The notes: generated by a model not told the origin, from the letters alone. A DNA stretch of 49,649 bases from an uncultured Clostridia bacterium (GCA_947625665.1 CANQPF010000003.1:1-49649), one strand, 5' to 3'; positions 19,578-29,622 are shown, counted from the stretch's first letter. A program made the numbers and translations.

Positions 19578-21641
19578 TTATTCAAATTCCTCTATTTCGT
19601 TAATATTACCGATATTATTAATACCATTTAACTCGCTTTTTTGAACTAATAATATATTTTCATCTTTTTTATATTTTTTATAATATTGTTCTTCTGCTTG
19701 TTTCATTTTTTCTGAATGCTTATTTATTAAAATTTCATACAAATCTCCTAATATGTACCAACTATTTTTATTTTCCATAATGCTATTGCATATTTTTTCT
19801 ATATCTTCATAAGTAAACAGATCAACATAAGCTGGAAATCTCTTATTATCTATTAAATTTAAATTTATATAATAATATGATTCATTTGGTATAATTAATT
19901 GAACATTTGGAATTGTTTCTTGTATTTGTTTCATTTCCTGAATTTCATTATCAATACAATTACTCTGATTTAATTCTTCTTTATTAAAAAACTGTGTTAC
20001 ACGTTTATCAGTTATACAAGTATATACTGTTGTTACTGTTACAATTATTAAAATTACTATACCATGAAAACATAAAATAAGGTGATAAACTCTTCCTTTT
20101 TTTAATTTTCTTAATAATTTATCAATTAAAAATCCTACTAACAAAATTCCTGGGTATGTTACATAAAATAAATTTGTCCAATAACTTCTTCCTTCATAAT
20201 AGGAAAATATCCCTATACCTAATATAGCTAATGCAAACAATATCTTATATATATAAAAGCTTTCCTCATTAGGATTATCAATAAAAATTTTTGTTTTTGA
20301 TATAGCTATTCCTAAAACTCCCGCATATAAAAGGACAAAAAGTAACCATGGATGTAATAAAGGCATAGGTAACATATAGAATCCTAAACCAGCAAATAAT
20401 GTTTGACTTGACAATACACCCGATATTTTAATTAATTTTCCTGTTCGAATTACTGTAATAACATTTAATAATATAACGTACCCAATTACTGATATCAATG
20501 CTCCTATCAAAATCTTTAATATTTTAATCCATGTCTCTTTTCTTTTTAATGAATTAAAATATATTATTTCATATAATAGAACCAATATCCAAAGTAATAA
20601 TACTACTAATCCTGTTTCAAAATTCCAAAATAATGCTAAACTTCCAATTATATAACCTCCAATTGCATAAGAGGTCTTACTTTGATGTTTCTTATAAATT
20701 GCAATATATACTAAAATAAGTACTGGAAATATAACTCTATGTGGCATATACTGCAAATAATATGATTGTTCACCAATTATGCTTTGTATGACTAAAACAT
20801 ATACAATAGTAAAATAAGATAAAAATAGAATTATTTTATTTTTTATTAATTTATTAGCAACATATAATAGTCCCAAAAAAACAAAAAAAACTAATATACT
20901 ATTGACTATGCTAAATGTATATATTATATTACCTTTTCCTATGGAACTTATAATTATAGCGTAAAAATATGAATAGTATCCATATATAGAATTGAAATCA
21001 ATCCCTGGTGTCAATCCATTTATTATTTTCATTATTGGATAATAATAAGCATCTACGTGATGTATCATATACATATTTAATGAATAATTTTTATTTATAT
21101 ATAAATAAGCAACTACAAATCCAGTACACAAACATACATATTTTATAATTTTATTTAATAAAACATTATTATATTTTTCAGAAAGCCAAATTAATACAAG
21201 TATTGGTATTACAGACACTAATATTACTATTGGTTGTCGTTTTAAAACTGTACCATTTAAATAATTCTTTTGTTTTATAAAAACAATATATGTTAGACAA
21301 CATAAAAAAATAGTAATAAATATAGAACAAAATCTTGATATTTTTTCTATATTTATTTTATTTTTTTTCTTAATTAATAAAGTTTGTAATAATTTATTAG
21401 TCACTATAAAAATAATTGGAAATAATATTGTCAAAACTATATATGTTATCATCTCAGATTTTTCAGCACAAAACTCTGAAATATCTTTAATATAATGTTG
21501 TATAATATACTCCGTATCTAATTGATTAGGAATAAAACTTAATCCAAATCCTACAATCAAAAGAAGCAAAATTGATATTATGTATGTTATTTTTGTACAT
21601 AAACTGTTAAATTTTATCTGTGCTTCTTCATCTTTTTTCAT
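19578..21641 (-). CDS. Polytopic membrane protein, probable glycan-modifying GT-C-like enzyme (687 aa)
   Basis: Many TM segments; G..PGIDFNSIYG and WNFETG motifs; inserted between rfbG and rfbH. Confidence 0.6.
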   Translation of the reverse strand: MKKDEEAQIKFNSLCTKITYIISILLLLIVGFGLSFIPNQLDTEYIIQHYIKDISEFCAEKSEMITYIVLTILFPIIFIVTNKLLQTLLIKKKNKINIEKISRFCSIFITIFLCCLTYIVFIKQKNYLNGTVLKRQPIVILVSVIPILVLIWLSEKYNNVLLNKIIKYVCLCTGFVVAYLYINKNYSLNMYMIHHVDAYYYPIMKIINGLTPGIDFNSIYGYYSYFYAIIISSIGKGNIIYTFSIVNSILVFFVFLGLLYVANKLIKNKIILFLSYFTIVYVLVIQSIIGEQSYYLQYMPHRVIFPVLILVYIAIYKKHQSKTSYAIGGYIIGSLALFWNFETGLVVLLLWILVLLYEIIYFNSLKRKETWIKILKILIGALISVIGYVILLNVITVIRTGKLIKISGVLSSQTLFAGLGFYMLPMPLLHPWLLFVLLYAGVLGIAISKTKIFIDNPNEESFYIYKILFALAILGIGIFSYYEGRSYWTNLFYVTYPGILLVGFLIDKLLRKLKKGRVYHLILCFHGIVILIIVTVTTVYTCITDKRVTQFFNKEELNQSNCIDNEIQEMKQIQETIPNVQLIIPNESYYYINLNLIDNKRFPAYVDLFTYEDIEKICNSIMENKNSWYILGDLYEILINKHSEKMKQAEEQYYKKYKKDENILLVQKSELNGINNIGNINEIEEFE

Positions 21642-22710
21642 TTTTGCAAATTCCTTTCACTTTACATTCTAAATAAAACTCTTTAATTTGATTCTCCATA
21701 CATTCTTCTTTGTTATCTGCTTTAACAAATTCTACTGTCTTTTCTATTGCCTTTTCAATATTCCATGTTGGCTTCCACCCAAAGGTCTTTTTTATTTTAG
21801 AACAATTTAATTTTAAAATATTTGCTTCATGCGGACCATTTTTACATACGCCTTTCCATTCTATTCCTTCTCCCCAATATTTACAAAATATATCTGCAAG
21901 CTCACCTGTAGTAATACAACTCTTATCATTTGGACCAACATTATAATATCCTGAATATTTTTTGTCTTCGCATTGTTTTTGTGCAATAAGTAAATAAGCA
22001 AATAAAGATTCTAGTACATGCTGATATGGTCTTATTGAATATTGATTTCGAATGATAATATTTTTTTGTTCTACAGCTGCTCTCACACAATCCGGTATAA
22101 TTCTATTTTTTGCAAAATCACCTCCACCAATAACATTTCCTGCTCTTGCAGTTGAAATTGCTACATTTTTATTTTCATCTGTAAAAAAAGAATTCTTATA
22201 ACAATGAGTTATAAGCTCAGAGCATGATTTACTATTTGAATATGGATCATAACCATCTAAAAAGTCATCCTCTTTATAGCCTACCTTACATTCATTATTC
22301 TTATAAACTTTATCTGTTGTAATGTTTAAAAAAGATTTTACTGTTGCAGAATTTCTAACACACTCTAGTATATTAACAGTTCCCATTACATTTGTTTCAT
22401 ACGTGAGTACTGGTTCTTTATATGATGTTCTTACAATAGGTTGAGCTGCTAAATGAAAAACTATTTCTGGATTTGATCTATCAAATACTTTTTTTAAACT
22501 TTTTAAATCTCTAATATCTCCTATTTCATGAATAATTTTATTTTGTATATTTGATAATTCAAATAATTTATGTTCTTCAGAAGGCTCTAATGAATATCCC
22601 GTCACATTAGCTCCTGCATCTACTAAGATTTTGCACAACCAACTTCCCTTAAATCCTGTATGTCCTGTTACAAATACATTCTTTCCTTTATAAAAATTTA
22701 AGTCTATCAT
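21628..22710 (-). CDS. rfbG: CDP-glucose 4,6-dehydratase
   Basis: VTGHTGFKGSWL, HLAAQPIV, TTDKVY, YSNSK, RAGNVIGGGD, RPYQHVLE. Confidence 0.96.
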   Translation of the reverse strand: MIDLNFYKGKNVFVTGHTGFKGSWLCKILVDAGANVTGYSLEPSEEHKLFELSNIQNKIIHEIGDIRDLKSLKKVFDRSNPEIVFHLAAQPIVRTSYKEPVLTYETNVMGTVNILECVRNSATVKSFLNITTDKVYKNNECKVGYKEDDFLDGYDPYSNSKSCSELITHCYKNSFFTDENKNVAISTARAGNVIGGGDFAKNRIIPDCVRAAVEQKNIIIRNQYSIRPYQHVLESLFAYLLIAQKQCEDKKYSGYYNVGPNDKSCITTGELADIFCKYWGEGIEWKGVCKNGPHEANILKLNCSKIKKTFGWKPTWNIEKAIEKTVEFVKADNKEECMENQIKEFYLECKVKGICKNEKR

Positions 22711-22713
22711 ATT

Positions 22714-23487
22714 TTACCACACTTTCCAATAGGCATTATTTGTTTGCCAAAGCTCTTCTAACAACTTTTTATCTCTTTGTGTATCCATACATTGCCAAAA
22801 TCCTGTATGTTTATATGCTACTAGTTGACCATCTTTAGCTAAATTTTCTAGTGGTTGTTTTTCAAATATTACATTATCATTATCCGAAATATAATCAAAA
22901 ACTTTTGTATTTAAAACCATATATCCACCATTAATCCATGAGCCATCCTCATCATTTTTCTCTCTGTATGATATAATGTTATCTTTGTCATCCATTTTTA
23001 AAACTCCAAATCTTTGACCTACATTTATACCCGTTATCGTAGCTATCTTTCCATGTTTTTTATGAAACTTTACTAGCTTATTTATATCAATATCACTTAC
23101 TCCATCACCATAAGTAAGCATAAATGAATCTTCTTCAATATATTTTTGTATCTTCTTTATGCGTCCTCCTGTCATAGTATTTAAGCCTGTATCAATTAAA
23201 GTTACTTTCCATGGTTCAGAATAATTATTATGAACTTTCATTTTATTATTTGCTATATCAAATGTTACATCAGATGTATGCAAAAAATAATCTGCAAAAT
23301 ACTTTTTTATAACATATCCTTTATATCCTAAGCATATAATGAAATCATTAAATCCATATTTTGAATACTCTTTCATAATATGCCACAATATTGGTTGCCC
23401 TCCTATTTCTATCATTGGCTTTGGTTTTAAATGACTTTCTTCTGAAATTCTCGTTCCATAACCTCCTGCTAATATTACTACTTTCAT
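22714..23487 (-). CDS. rfbF: Glucose-1-phosphate cytidylyltransferase
   Basis: ILAGGYGTRISEE, KPM, TMTGGR, TYGDGV, FWQCMDTQRD. Confidence 0.96.
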   Translation of the reverse strand: MKVVILAGGYGTRISEESHLKPKPMIEIGGQPILWHIMKEYSKYGFNDFIICLGYKGYVIKKYFADYFLHTSDVTFDIANNKMKVHNNYSEPWKVTLIDTGLNTMTGGRIKKIQKYIEEDSFMLTYGDGVSDIDINKLVKFHKKHGKIATITGINVGQRFGVLKMDDKDNIISYREKNDEDGSWINGGYMVLNTKVFDYISDNDNVIFEKQPLENLAKDGQLVAYKHTGFWQCMDTQRDKKLLEELWQTNNAYWKVW

Positions 23488-23538
23488 CTATATATCCTTT
23501 CTTTTTTATTATCTTTTAAATAATATCAGTTAATTAAA

Positions 23539-23567
23539 AGTATATTATAAAATATTCGATTTTTCAA
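23539..23567 (-). promoter_or_regulatory. Sigma-A promoter of the CDP-sugar operon
   Basis: TTGAAA, 17-nt spacer, TATACT. Confidence 0.5.
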
Positions 23568-23573
23568 TTATTT

Positions 23574-23618
23574 TATAAAAAAAAGATGCTGTTTTAATAT
23601 AACAACATCTTTTTTTAT
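23574..23618 (-). terminator. Terminator after rpmE
   Basis: GATGTTGTT / AACAGCATC stem flanked by A8 and T8 tracts. Confidence 0.75.
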
Positions 23619-23629
23619 AAAACTAATTT

Positions 23630-23830
23630 TTATGCAAGTCCATATTTTTTCTTGAATCTGTCTGCTCTACCGCCAACTGTTTCTTGTCTTAGATTTCCTG
23701 TCCAGTATGGATGGCATTTTGAACATACATCTACTTTCATATCTTTTTTTGTTGATCCAACTTTTAATACATTTCCACAAGCACAAGTAATAGTTGTATC
23801 ATTATATTCTGGTTGTTTTTCTTTTTTCAT
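23630..23830 (-). CDS. rpmE: 50S ribosomal protein L31 (Zn-binding type)
   Basis: ITCACG...VCSKCHPYWTG...GRADRFKKKYG. Confidence 0.96.
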   Translation of the reverse strand: MKKEKQPEYNDTTITCACGNVLKVGSTKKDMKVDVCSKCHPYWTGNLRQETVGGRADRFKKKYGLA

Positions 23831-23874
23831 TTAAGTTCACCTCTTTCTCTTATTTCATAATCTGACTGTATTCT

Positions 23875-23903
23875 ATAATAACATAAAATTTAAAATTATT
23901 CAA
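23875..23903 (-). promoter_or_regulatory. Sigma-A promoter of rpmE
   Basis: TTGAAT, 17-nt spacer, TG-TATTAT. Confidence 0.45.
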
Positions 23904-23906
23904 GTT

Positions 23907-24056
23907 TTATTTATTTTTCTCTTCTTTTACATATCTTGCTGATGTTAACATTTCTTTGTCTAAAGACATTTTATTAACTAATTTACCCATTATATTAAAT
24001 ACACAAGCTATAATTAATATAAGTAAACCTATCTTTTTCCAATGTTTTGCTAACAT
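23907..24056 (-). CDS. Small single-TM protein (49 aa)
   Basis: Not in the ORF track. MLAKHWKKIGLLILIIACVFNIMGKLVNKMSLDKEMLTSARYVKEEKNK, with AAGGAG RBS and its own consensus promoter. Confidence 0.7.
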   Translation of the reverse strand: MLAKHWKKIGLLILIIACVFNIMGKLVNKMSLDKEMLTSARYVKEEKNK

Positions 24057-24089
24057 ATTATTTTCTCCTTTTCATTTGAACTATATAAT

Positions 24090-24118
24090 ATTATACTTTC
24101 TTTTCATTAAAAAGTCAA
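24090..24118 (-). promoter_or_regulatory. Sigma-A promoter of the 49-aa ORF
   Basis: TTGACT, 17-nt spacer, TATAAT. Confidence 0.7.
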
Positions 24119-24210
24119 GCAGTTCTATACATCTTTCTACTTCATTTTATTTGATTTATCAATAAAATAAATTATGTACTATTGGTTAATAAGTAATTAG
24201 TTTATCTACA

Positions 24211-24238
24211 AAAAAAACACTTAAAAAAGTGTTTTTTT
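24211..24238 (-). terminator. Terminator after spoVG
   Basis: AAAAAAACACTT / AAGTGTTTTTTT inverted repeat. Confidence 0.7.
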
Positions 24239-24250
24239 ATTGTTAATTAA

Positions 24251-24538
24251 TTATTCTGCTGATTCTTCAGAAGATTCTGCTTCTTCCTCTGGAGCTTCAT
24301 AAGCTTCTAGGATAGCTGTTTGAATTTTCTCTCTTGTTTCAGCATTGATTGGATGAGCTATATCCTTGAATTCTCCGCTTGGAGTTTTTCTACTTGGCAT
24401 AGCTATAAATAATCCATTTTGACTTTCGATAACTTTAATATCGTGTACTGCGAATTCGTTATCAAATGTTACAGATGCAACAGCTTTCATTCTGTTCTCT
24501 GAATTAACCTTTCTTAAACGTACGTCTGTTATTTGCAT
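24251..24538 (-). CDS. spoVG: Septation regulator SpoVG
   Basis: [10 protein letters not shown]...[10 protein letters not shown]...FIAMPSRK...FKDIAHPI; start at ATG 24538. Confidence 0.96.
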   Translation of the reverse strand: MQITDVRLRKVNSENRMKAVASVTFDNEFAVHDIKVIESQNGLFIAMPSRKTPSGEFKDIAHPINAETREKIQTAILEAYEAPEEEAESSEESAE

Positions 24539-24604
24539 TTTGCGTGCACCGCCTTTCATAAAGTAAATATTTGTAAGTACTTTTATAGTCCCTACATTTA
24601 TAAT

Positions 24605-24631
24605 ATACAACACAAAATTTTCTTTTCCTTC
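24605..24631 (-). promoter_or_regulatory. Possible sigma-H promoter of spoVG
   Basis: GAAGGA, 17-nt spacer, GTAT (consensus AGGA...GAAT), with upstream A tracts; spoVG is sigma-H dependent in Bacillus. Confidence 0.35.
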
Positions 24632-24656
24632 TTTTTTTTACAAAATTTTTCAAGAA

Positions 24657-26048
24657 TTATTCAACTAACATTGGTCCAATTTTAGTTACAGTTCCTGCTC
24701 CTAATGTAATTACCATATCTCCATCTTTGACGTTATTTTTTACATAAGAAACGCATTCGTCAAAATCCGGTATATATTTTGCTTCTTTTCCTAAATCTGC
24801 TAATTTATCAACTAAAATTTCTGAAGTTATTCCTTCAGTGTTCTTTTCTCTGGCTGCATATATATCAAGTACTATTATATTATCAAAATTTAATAAAGCT
24901 TTTGCAAAATCTGTGAGTAAATTTATTGTACGACTATATGTGTGTGGTTGAAAAATAACCCAAGATTTTTCATATTTTTTATTCATCAAAGATTTAGCTG
25001 TAGCTAAAATCTCTGTAGGATGATGTCCGTAATCATCATATACTTTTGCTCCATTCACACTACCTTTATATTCAAATCTTCTATCTGCACCTTTAAATTT
25101 TACTAATGCAGTTTTTATAACTTCCTTATCAATACCGTATTCATTACACAAAGCTATACAAGCTAGTGCATTCAAAACATTATGCATTCCTGGTATAGAA
25201 AGTTTAATTCTGTCATAATAGTTATCATTATGGTAAACATCAAATTCTGCAAAACCTTGTGCATCAAACACTATATTTACTGCAAAGAAATTTACATTTT
25301 TGTTCGTTATTCCAAAAGTAAGTTTCTTAGCCTTGGTATATTTAGGTAATTCTACACTATTTGCATCATCTGCATTATATACTAACAAACCATCTTCTGG
25401 TAATAATTCTGCATATTTATAAAATGCTTTTTTTATGTTATCTAGATTTTTAAAATAATCTAAATGATCATTGTCAATATTTAATATAATTTCAGCTTTA
25501 GGGCTAAATTTTAAAAAACTTTCTACATATTCACAAGCTTCTATTATAAACTCTTCACTTGACCCTACTTTATAATTTCCATCTATTGGTTTTAAAAATG
25601 CTCCAACTTGAATGCTAGGATCTTTTTGTGCTTCCATAAAACATAAAGCAACCATAGATGTTGTTGTCGTTTTTCCATGTGTGCCTGAAATGCAAATAGT
25701 ATCCTTAAAGCATCTAGTTAATTCTCCTAAAAAGTCTGCTCTTTCAATTGTTGGAATATTATTTTTCTTAGCTTCAATCATTTCTAAATGTGTATCTTTT
25801 ATAGCTGCAGAATAAACTACTGCATCACATTTTTTTATATTTTCAATATCTACTTCCCCAATAGATACCTTTATTCCTAAATCTCTCAATTTTCTAGTAT
25901 TATCAGATTCTGCATCATCGTAGCCTGTTACCCTAAATCCCCATTTTTGAAGAATAGCTGCGATGCCACTCATACTAACTCCACCGATGCCTATCATATG
26001 TATATTTTTATATTTCTTTATATTATCTATATTTGGCATATATAACAC
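24657..26048 (-). CDS. murC: UDP-N-acetylmuramate--L-alanine ligase
   Basis: HMIGIGGVSMSGIA, GTHGKTTTT, EACEY, DDYGHHPTE, FQPHTYSRT. Confidence 0.96.
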   Translation of the reverse strand: MLYMPNIDNIKKYKNIHMIGIGGVSMSGIAAILQKWGFRVTGYDDAESDNTRKLRDLGIKVSIGEVDIENIKKCDAVVYSAAIKDTHLEMIEAKKNNIPTIERADFLGELTRCFKDTICISGTHGKTTTTSMVALCFMEAQKDPSIQVGAFLKPIDGNYKVGSSEEFIIEACEYVESFLKFSPKAEIILNIDNDHLDYFKNLDNIKKAFYKYAELLPEDGLLVYNADDANSVELPKYTKAKKLTFGITNKNVNFFAVNIVFDAQGFAEFDVYHNDNYYDRIKLSIPGMHNVLNALACIALCNEYGIDKEVIKTALVKFKGADRRFEYKGSVNGAKVYDDYGHHPTEILATAKSLMNKKYEKSWVIFQPHTYSRTINLLTDFAKALLNFDNIIVLDIYAAREKNTEGITSEILVDKLADLGKEAKYIPDFDECVSYVKNNVKDGDMVITLGAGTVTKIGPMLVE

Positions 26049-26071
26049 TCTCCTCTAAGTTTATCATATGA

Positions 26072-26100
26072 ATTATATACTTATATTGTTAAAAGTTCAA
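26072..26100 (-). promoter_or_regulatory. Sigma-A promoter of murC
   Basis: TTGAAC, 17-nt spacer, TATAAT. Confidence 0.65.
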
Positions 26101-26122
26101 GTTTTTTGATACTTTTTATATA

Positions 26123-26154
26123 GAAAAGTGCAAAGAATTTACTCTACACTTTTC
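26123..26154 (-). terminator. Terminator hairpin overlapping the recoded spoIVB stop
   Basis: GAAAAGTGTAGAG-TAAATT-CTTTGCACTTTTC stem-loop containing the TAA at 26139-26141. Confidence 0.6.
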
Positions 26155-27372
26155 ATTTGTTTAATCATAATATCTCCAAAAACAGCATATCCTTCTTGAG
26201 GATTATTTACTAATACATTTGTTACAGCTCCGTATAAACTTACCATTCTGTATTATTGCAGATCCGCTCATTCCTTGAATGATTCCACCTGTTTTTTCAA
26301 TAAGCTCAGGATCAGTTATTTTTATTTTCATACTCTTATTATCATAATTATTTTCTAAATATATTTTCTCAATATTTACCTTATATTCTTTAGTAGTTTG
26401 ATTATCTAAACTGCATAATATTGTAGCTTCTCCTTCTTTAATCTCTTCACGTAAAGCTACTTCCATTTCTTTTGATGAATCAATGTTCAAAGCTGAAGGA
26501 TTATCAACTTTTCCATAAACACCAAATTTAGTATTTTTATATATTTTACCAATTTCATTTCCACTATCTATACTTCCTTGAATTCTTCCTGGATTCCCAC
26601 TTTCTCCTTTTGTAACTTTAAGTATCTTACTTGTTATAAATTGTCCTGATGAAATATTAATTAAATCACCAGTATCTACATCTGTTATTCCATGACCTAA
26701 AGCTGCAAACATTTTAGTTGAGGGTTCATAAAATGTTACTGTTCCTACTCCTGCCGCACTATCTCTAACCCATAAACCTATTTTATATTCTGTACCACCA
26801 GTTTTTACTGGTGTTATACTGCATTCTTTTGTTTGTTCATTATGAACATATGATATATTTAGATTTTTACCTTCTGATTCATTTACTTTTGATGTTAATT
26901 CTTCAACTGTTGATACATAGGAATTATTTACTAAAACAATTCTATCTCCTTCTTCAATTCCGCAATTTTGAAAAGGTTTGTATTTTTTATTATCTATTCC
27001 TTCTATTTCACTCATTCCTACTACTAAAACGCCATTAGTATATAACTTTAACCCGGCAATATTTCCAACTGGTATAACTGTTGTTTTGGGAATTACGTCT
27101 ACACTTAATTTTTTCACTTCAAAATTTTCAAAAAGATTAATTGCTACTTTTTGTTTTCCTATTTTATCTAAAGTTTGTTTTCCATTATTAGAAACTGTTT
27201 CTAATGTTCCATCATCACTTTCTATATTAAATGTAAGTCCTAATAATTTATTTATAGAAAACTTTTCTCCTTCAAAAATCACTATGTTGCTGGGTATGTT
27301 TTGTATTGCTACCACATAGGTATATAAAATTAAAAGAATCATTATCAAAGTAATACTTGCAAGTTTTTTCAT
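26139..27372 (-). CDS. spoIVB: SpoIVB serine peptidase (S55); about 410 aa with one +1 shift at CGG (26229-26232)
   Basis: PDZ domain, GLWVRDSAAGVGTVTF, ALGHGITD, GIIQGMSGS. The +1 shift restores NGKFI-G-AVTNVLVNNPQEGYAVFGDIMIKQMKSVE*. Start ATG 27372 after GAGGTG. Confidence 0.93.
26229..26232 (-). other. Putative +1 recoding site CGGA read as Gly (spoIVB IGAVT motif)
   Basis: TTT ATA CGG AGC in the incoming frame; +1 gives GGA GCT GTA ACA. Confidence 0.78.
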
Positions 27373-27401
27373 TTTGCTTTTCACCTCTAAATGTTTTCTT
27401 T

Positions 27402-27430
27402 TATTTTTTCCAATTTTTATTTTTGTATAC
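27402..27430 (-). promoter_or_regulatory. Possible sigma-F promoter of spoIVB
   Basis: GTATA, 14-nt spacer, GGAAAAAATA (consensus GYATA...GGnnAnAnTR). Confidence 0.45.
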
Positions 27431-27462
27431 AAAAAATGAAGTGAATATCCACTTCATTTTTT
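27431..27462 (-). terminator. Terminator ending the pilus-like locus
   Basis: AAAAAATGAAGTG / CACTTCATTTTTT perfect inverted repeat. Confidence 0.8.
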
Positions 27463-27472
27463 ATCATTTTTA

Positions 27473-29530
27473 TTATTCGTTATCTCCCTCATAAAGCGTT
27501 TTAAATACCCCATTATTGTGCACTCTATACATTCCTTGCCTTTCTCTTCCAAGTGCTGTAAAATAATTTGTTGCAATTAATTTTTTATTTGTAAGTTCAT
27601 CTTTAAATCCCTCCATATAATCATATAAATTGTTATAATTAATAGTTTTAGTAGAACTTTTTTGCATAGAATAATCACTATTATTGTTCAATGATGTAAC
27701 GATACTATCATAATCATACCAACCATTATCTTTAGGATATCTATAAAAATATCTTACTTCTCCTGTTTCTAAATTTTCACTTGAAGCTCTTGAAACTGTG
27801 TTTTTAGAAACTGCTGTTAATCTACTACTTATATTATTATCTAAAACCGGATTTGTTGTACCATTCACAAAATATTTAGACGTTGTATTATAAACTTTAT
27901 CATCGCATACAAATACAATTGAATCTTCTGTTACTACTTCTTTGTTATTGTTATTTGGAATGACACTATATCCACTATATATTTTTCCACCAATACTAAG
28001 ACCTTGCATAAAACTAATAATTGAAATATTATTATATATTTTCTCCCAATCAGTATCTTTCAACCTAGGCATTTGAAAGTCATATGTTGATGAATTTGAA
28101 TACGAATTAAAGTTGTTAATCGCTGTAGACAGATTAGATTCTATACTATATCGTATAACATTTAAACGATGTTCATTAAAGCTAGATTGTGGTTCTTCTA
28201 TATCAATTTTTTTATTTTCACCGTTTGTTGAAGTATTTTCAGGATCATCCTTTCCTGTAAATTCAAAAATTTTCTCATTTTCTGTACCAAAATATTCTAG
28301 ATTTTTATATTCATCTGGATGAGAATCTCTTTCTGCTACTATATGTTTTCCGTCTAATGTACATGCATCCCCCACTGTAAGCTCACCTATTTTTATCCCC
28401 GCATCCTTTAAGTCACCAGTAAATTCTGTTCCATATAAAGCACTATAACAGCTAGCATCTCCTGTTAGAAAAGCTTTTAGTCTAGCCGCTTTTTTATAAT
28501 ATTCAAGTGCATTTATATTGTTTTTCACATCATTTATACTCTGCTGATTTGAATCTAGTCCTAAACCTTCAGTTTGTCTTGTTGTAGATACATAATTGGT
28601 AGCAATCCATTCTCCATTAAGTAAAGTTAAAACTAAATTCTGTTGTTTTGGAAAACTTTCAGTAGTTTTATTCATTCCTAACTCAGTTGCATAATACCTA
28701 ACTCCATTAATCTTTCTACATCTTAAATCTTGGAAATATTTAGAGTTATATGTGTTGTCTCCAGGCCAATCTCTACTACCAGTTAATGCTTCAAGGATTT
28801 CACCAGTTAAATAGACTTTTTCTTTTAAAGAATTATCATTTTCACATTTTATATCAATTCCTCTATACTTAGCACTTACCGTATTTACATTTCCCTTATT
28901 TATTTCTGGTGAGTTATATTCAACACGATTTAATAAATATCCATCAATATCTATAGTAGTATCTCTATATCTTCCTTGTATAACTATATAGTTATCAAGA
29001 GCATAAGTAATTACAACATCTAAATCTCCTTTTATGTATCTACAACTATAATAGATATAAGGTTTTAAATCTTCTAAATCTTCTGCTGCTTTATATTTAA
29101 AACTCTGTTTCTTATCTAAAGAAACAGAAGGATCTTCAAGTTTTTCTGCTACATCGTTGGTCAACACATTTTGAAAAGGTCCATAAATATAGTACCCATC
29201 ATACATTGTAAATACGACAGCTGGAACATAATTTTGTAATTCTTCTTTTCCAAATCCTGGCATATTAAACGCTGATGCTAATGCATTAAAAAAGGTATTA
29301 GCTCCAGCTTTAACATCACGCAATTTTGAATTTGCAATATCAGAAGTATCACTATTCGATGCATTAAGTTGAAAAGCTTTTAAAGCATCATATGTAGCAT
29401 TTTGTAACTTTGTATCATACGAAACTTGATAATCCAAAGTTTTAGCTTGATTCTTTACATATGCACTTAAAATTAATGTCATTGGCAATAATAACATTAT
29501 TGCTATTATTGCTAAAGCTTGAATTTTCAT
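27473..29530 (-). CDS. Large N-anchored extracellular protein of the Tad-like locus (685 aa; possible TadG-like or tip protein)
   Basis: Single N-terminal hydrophobic helix followed by KLQNATYDA and a long beta-rich body; last gene of the locus. Confidence 0.6.
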   Translation of the reverse strand: MKIQALAIIAIMLLLPMTLILSAYVKNQAKTLDYQVSYDTKLQNATYDALKAFQLNASNSDTSDIANSKLRDVKAGANTFFNALASAFNMPGFGKEELQNYVPAVVFTMYDGYYIYGPFQNVLTNDVAEKLEDPSVSLDKKQSFKYKAAEDLEDLKPYIYYSCRYIKGDLDVVITYALDNYIVIQGRYRDTTIDIDGYLLNRVEYNSPEINKGNVNTVSAKYRGIDIKCENDNSLKEKVYLTGEILEALTGSRDWPGDNTYNSKYFQDLRCRKINGVRYYATELGMNKTTESFPKQQNLVLTLLNGEWIATNYVSTTRQTEGLGLDSNQQSINDVKNNINALEYYKKAARLKAFLTGDASCYSALYGTEFTGDLKDAGIKIGELTVGDACTLDGKHIVAERDSHPDEYKNLEYFGTENEKIFEFTGKDDPENTSTNGENKKIDIEEPQSSFNEHRLNVIRYSIESNLSTAINNFNSYSNSSTYDFQMPRLKDTDWEKIYNNISIISFMQGLSIGGKIYSGYSVIPNNNNKEVVTEDSIVFVCDDKVYNTTSKYFVNGTTNPVLDNNISSRLTAVSKNTVSRASSENLETGEVRYFYRYPKDNGWYDYDSIVTSLNNNSDYSMQKSSTKTINYNNLYDYMEGFKDELTNKKLIATNYFTALGRERQGMYRVHNNGVFKTLYEGDNE

Positions 29531-29563
29531 AATTATTCTTCCTTTTGTTTATTTTTAAGTAAT

Positions 29564-29611
29564 AAAAAACGCGGATTTTAATGCTTATTCAAACACATAA
29601 ATATCCGCCCC
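29564..29611 (-). terminator. Internal terminator-like hairpin
   Basis: GCGGAT...ATCCGC imperfect stem followed by GTTTTTT. Confidence 0.45.
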
Positions 29612-29622
29612 TTATTTTCAAA

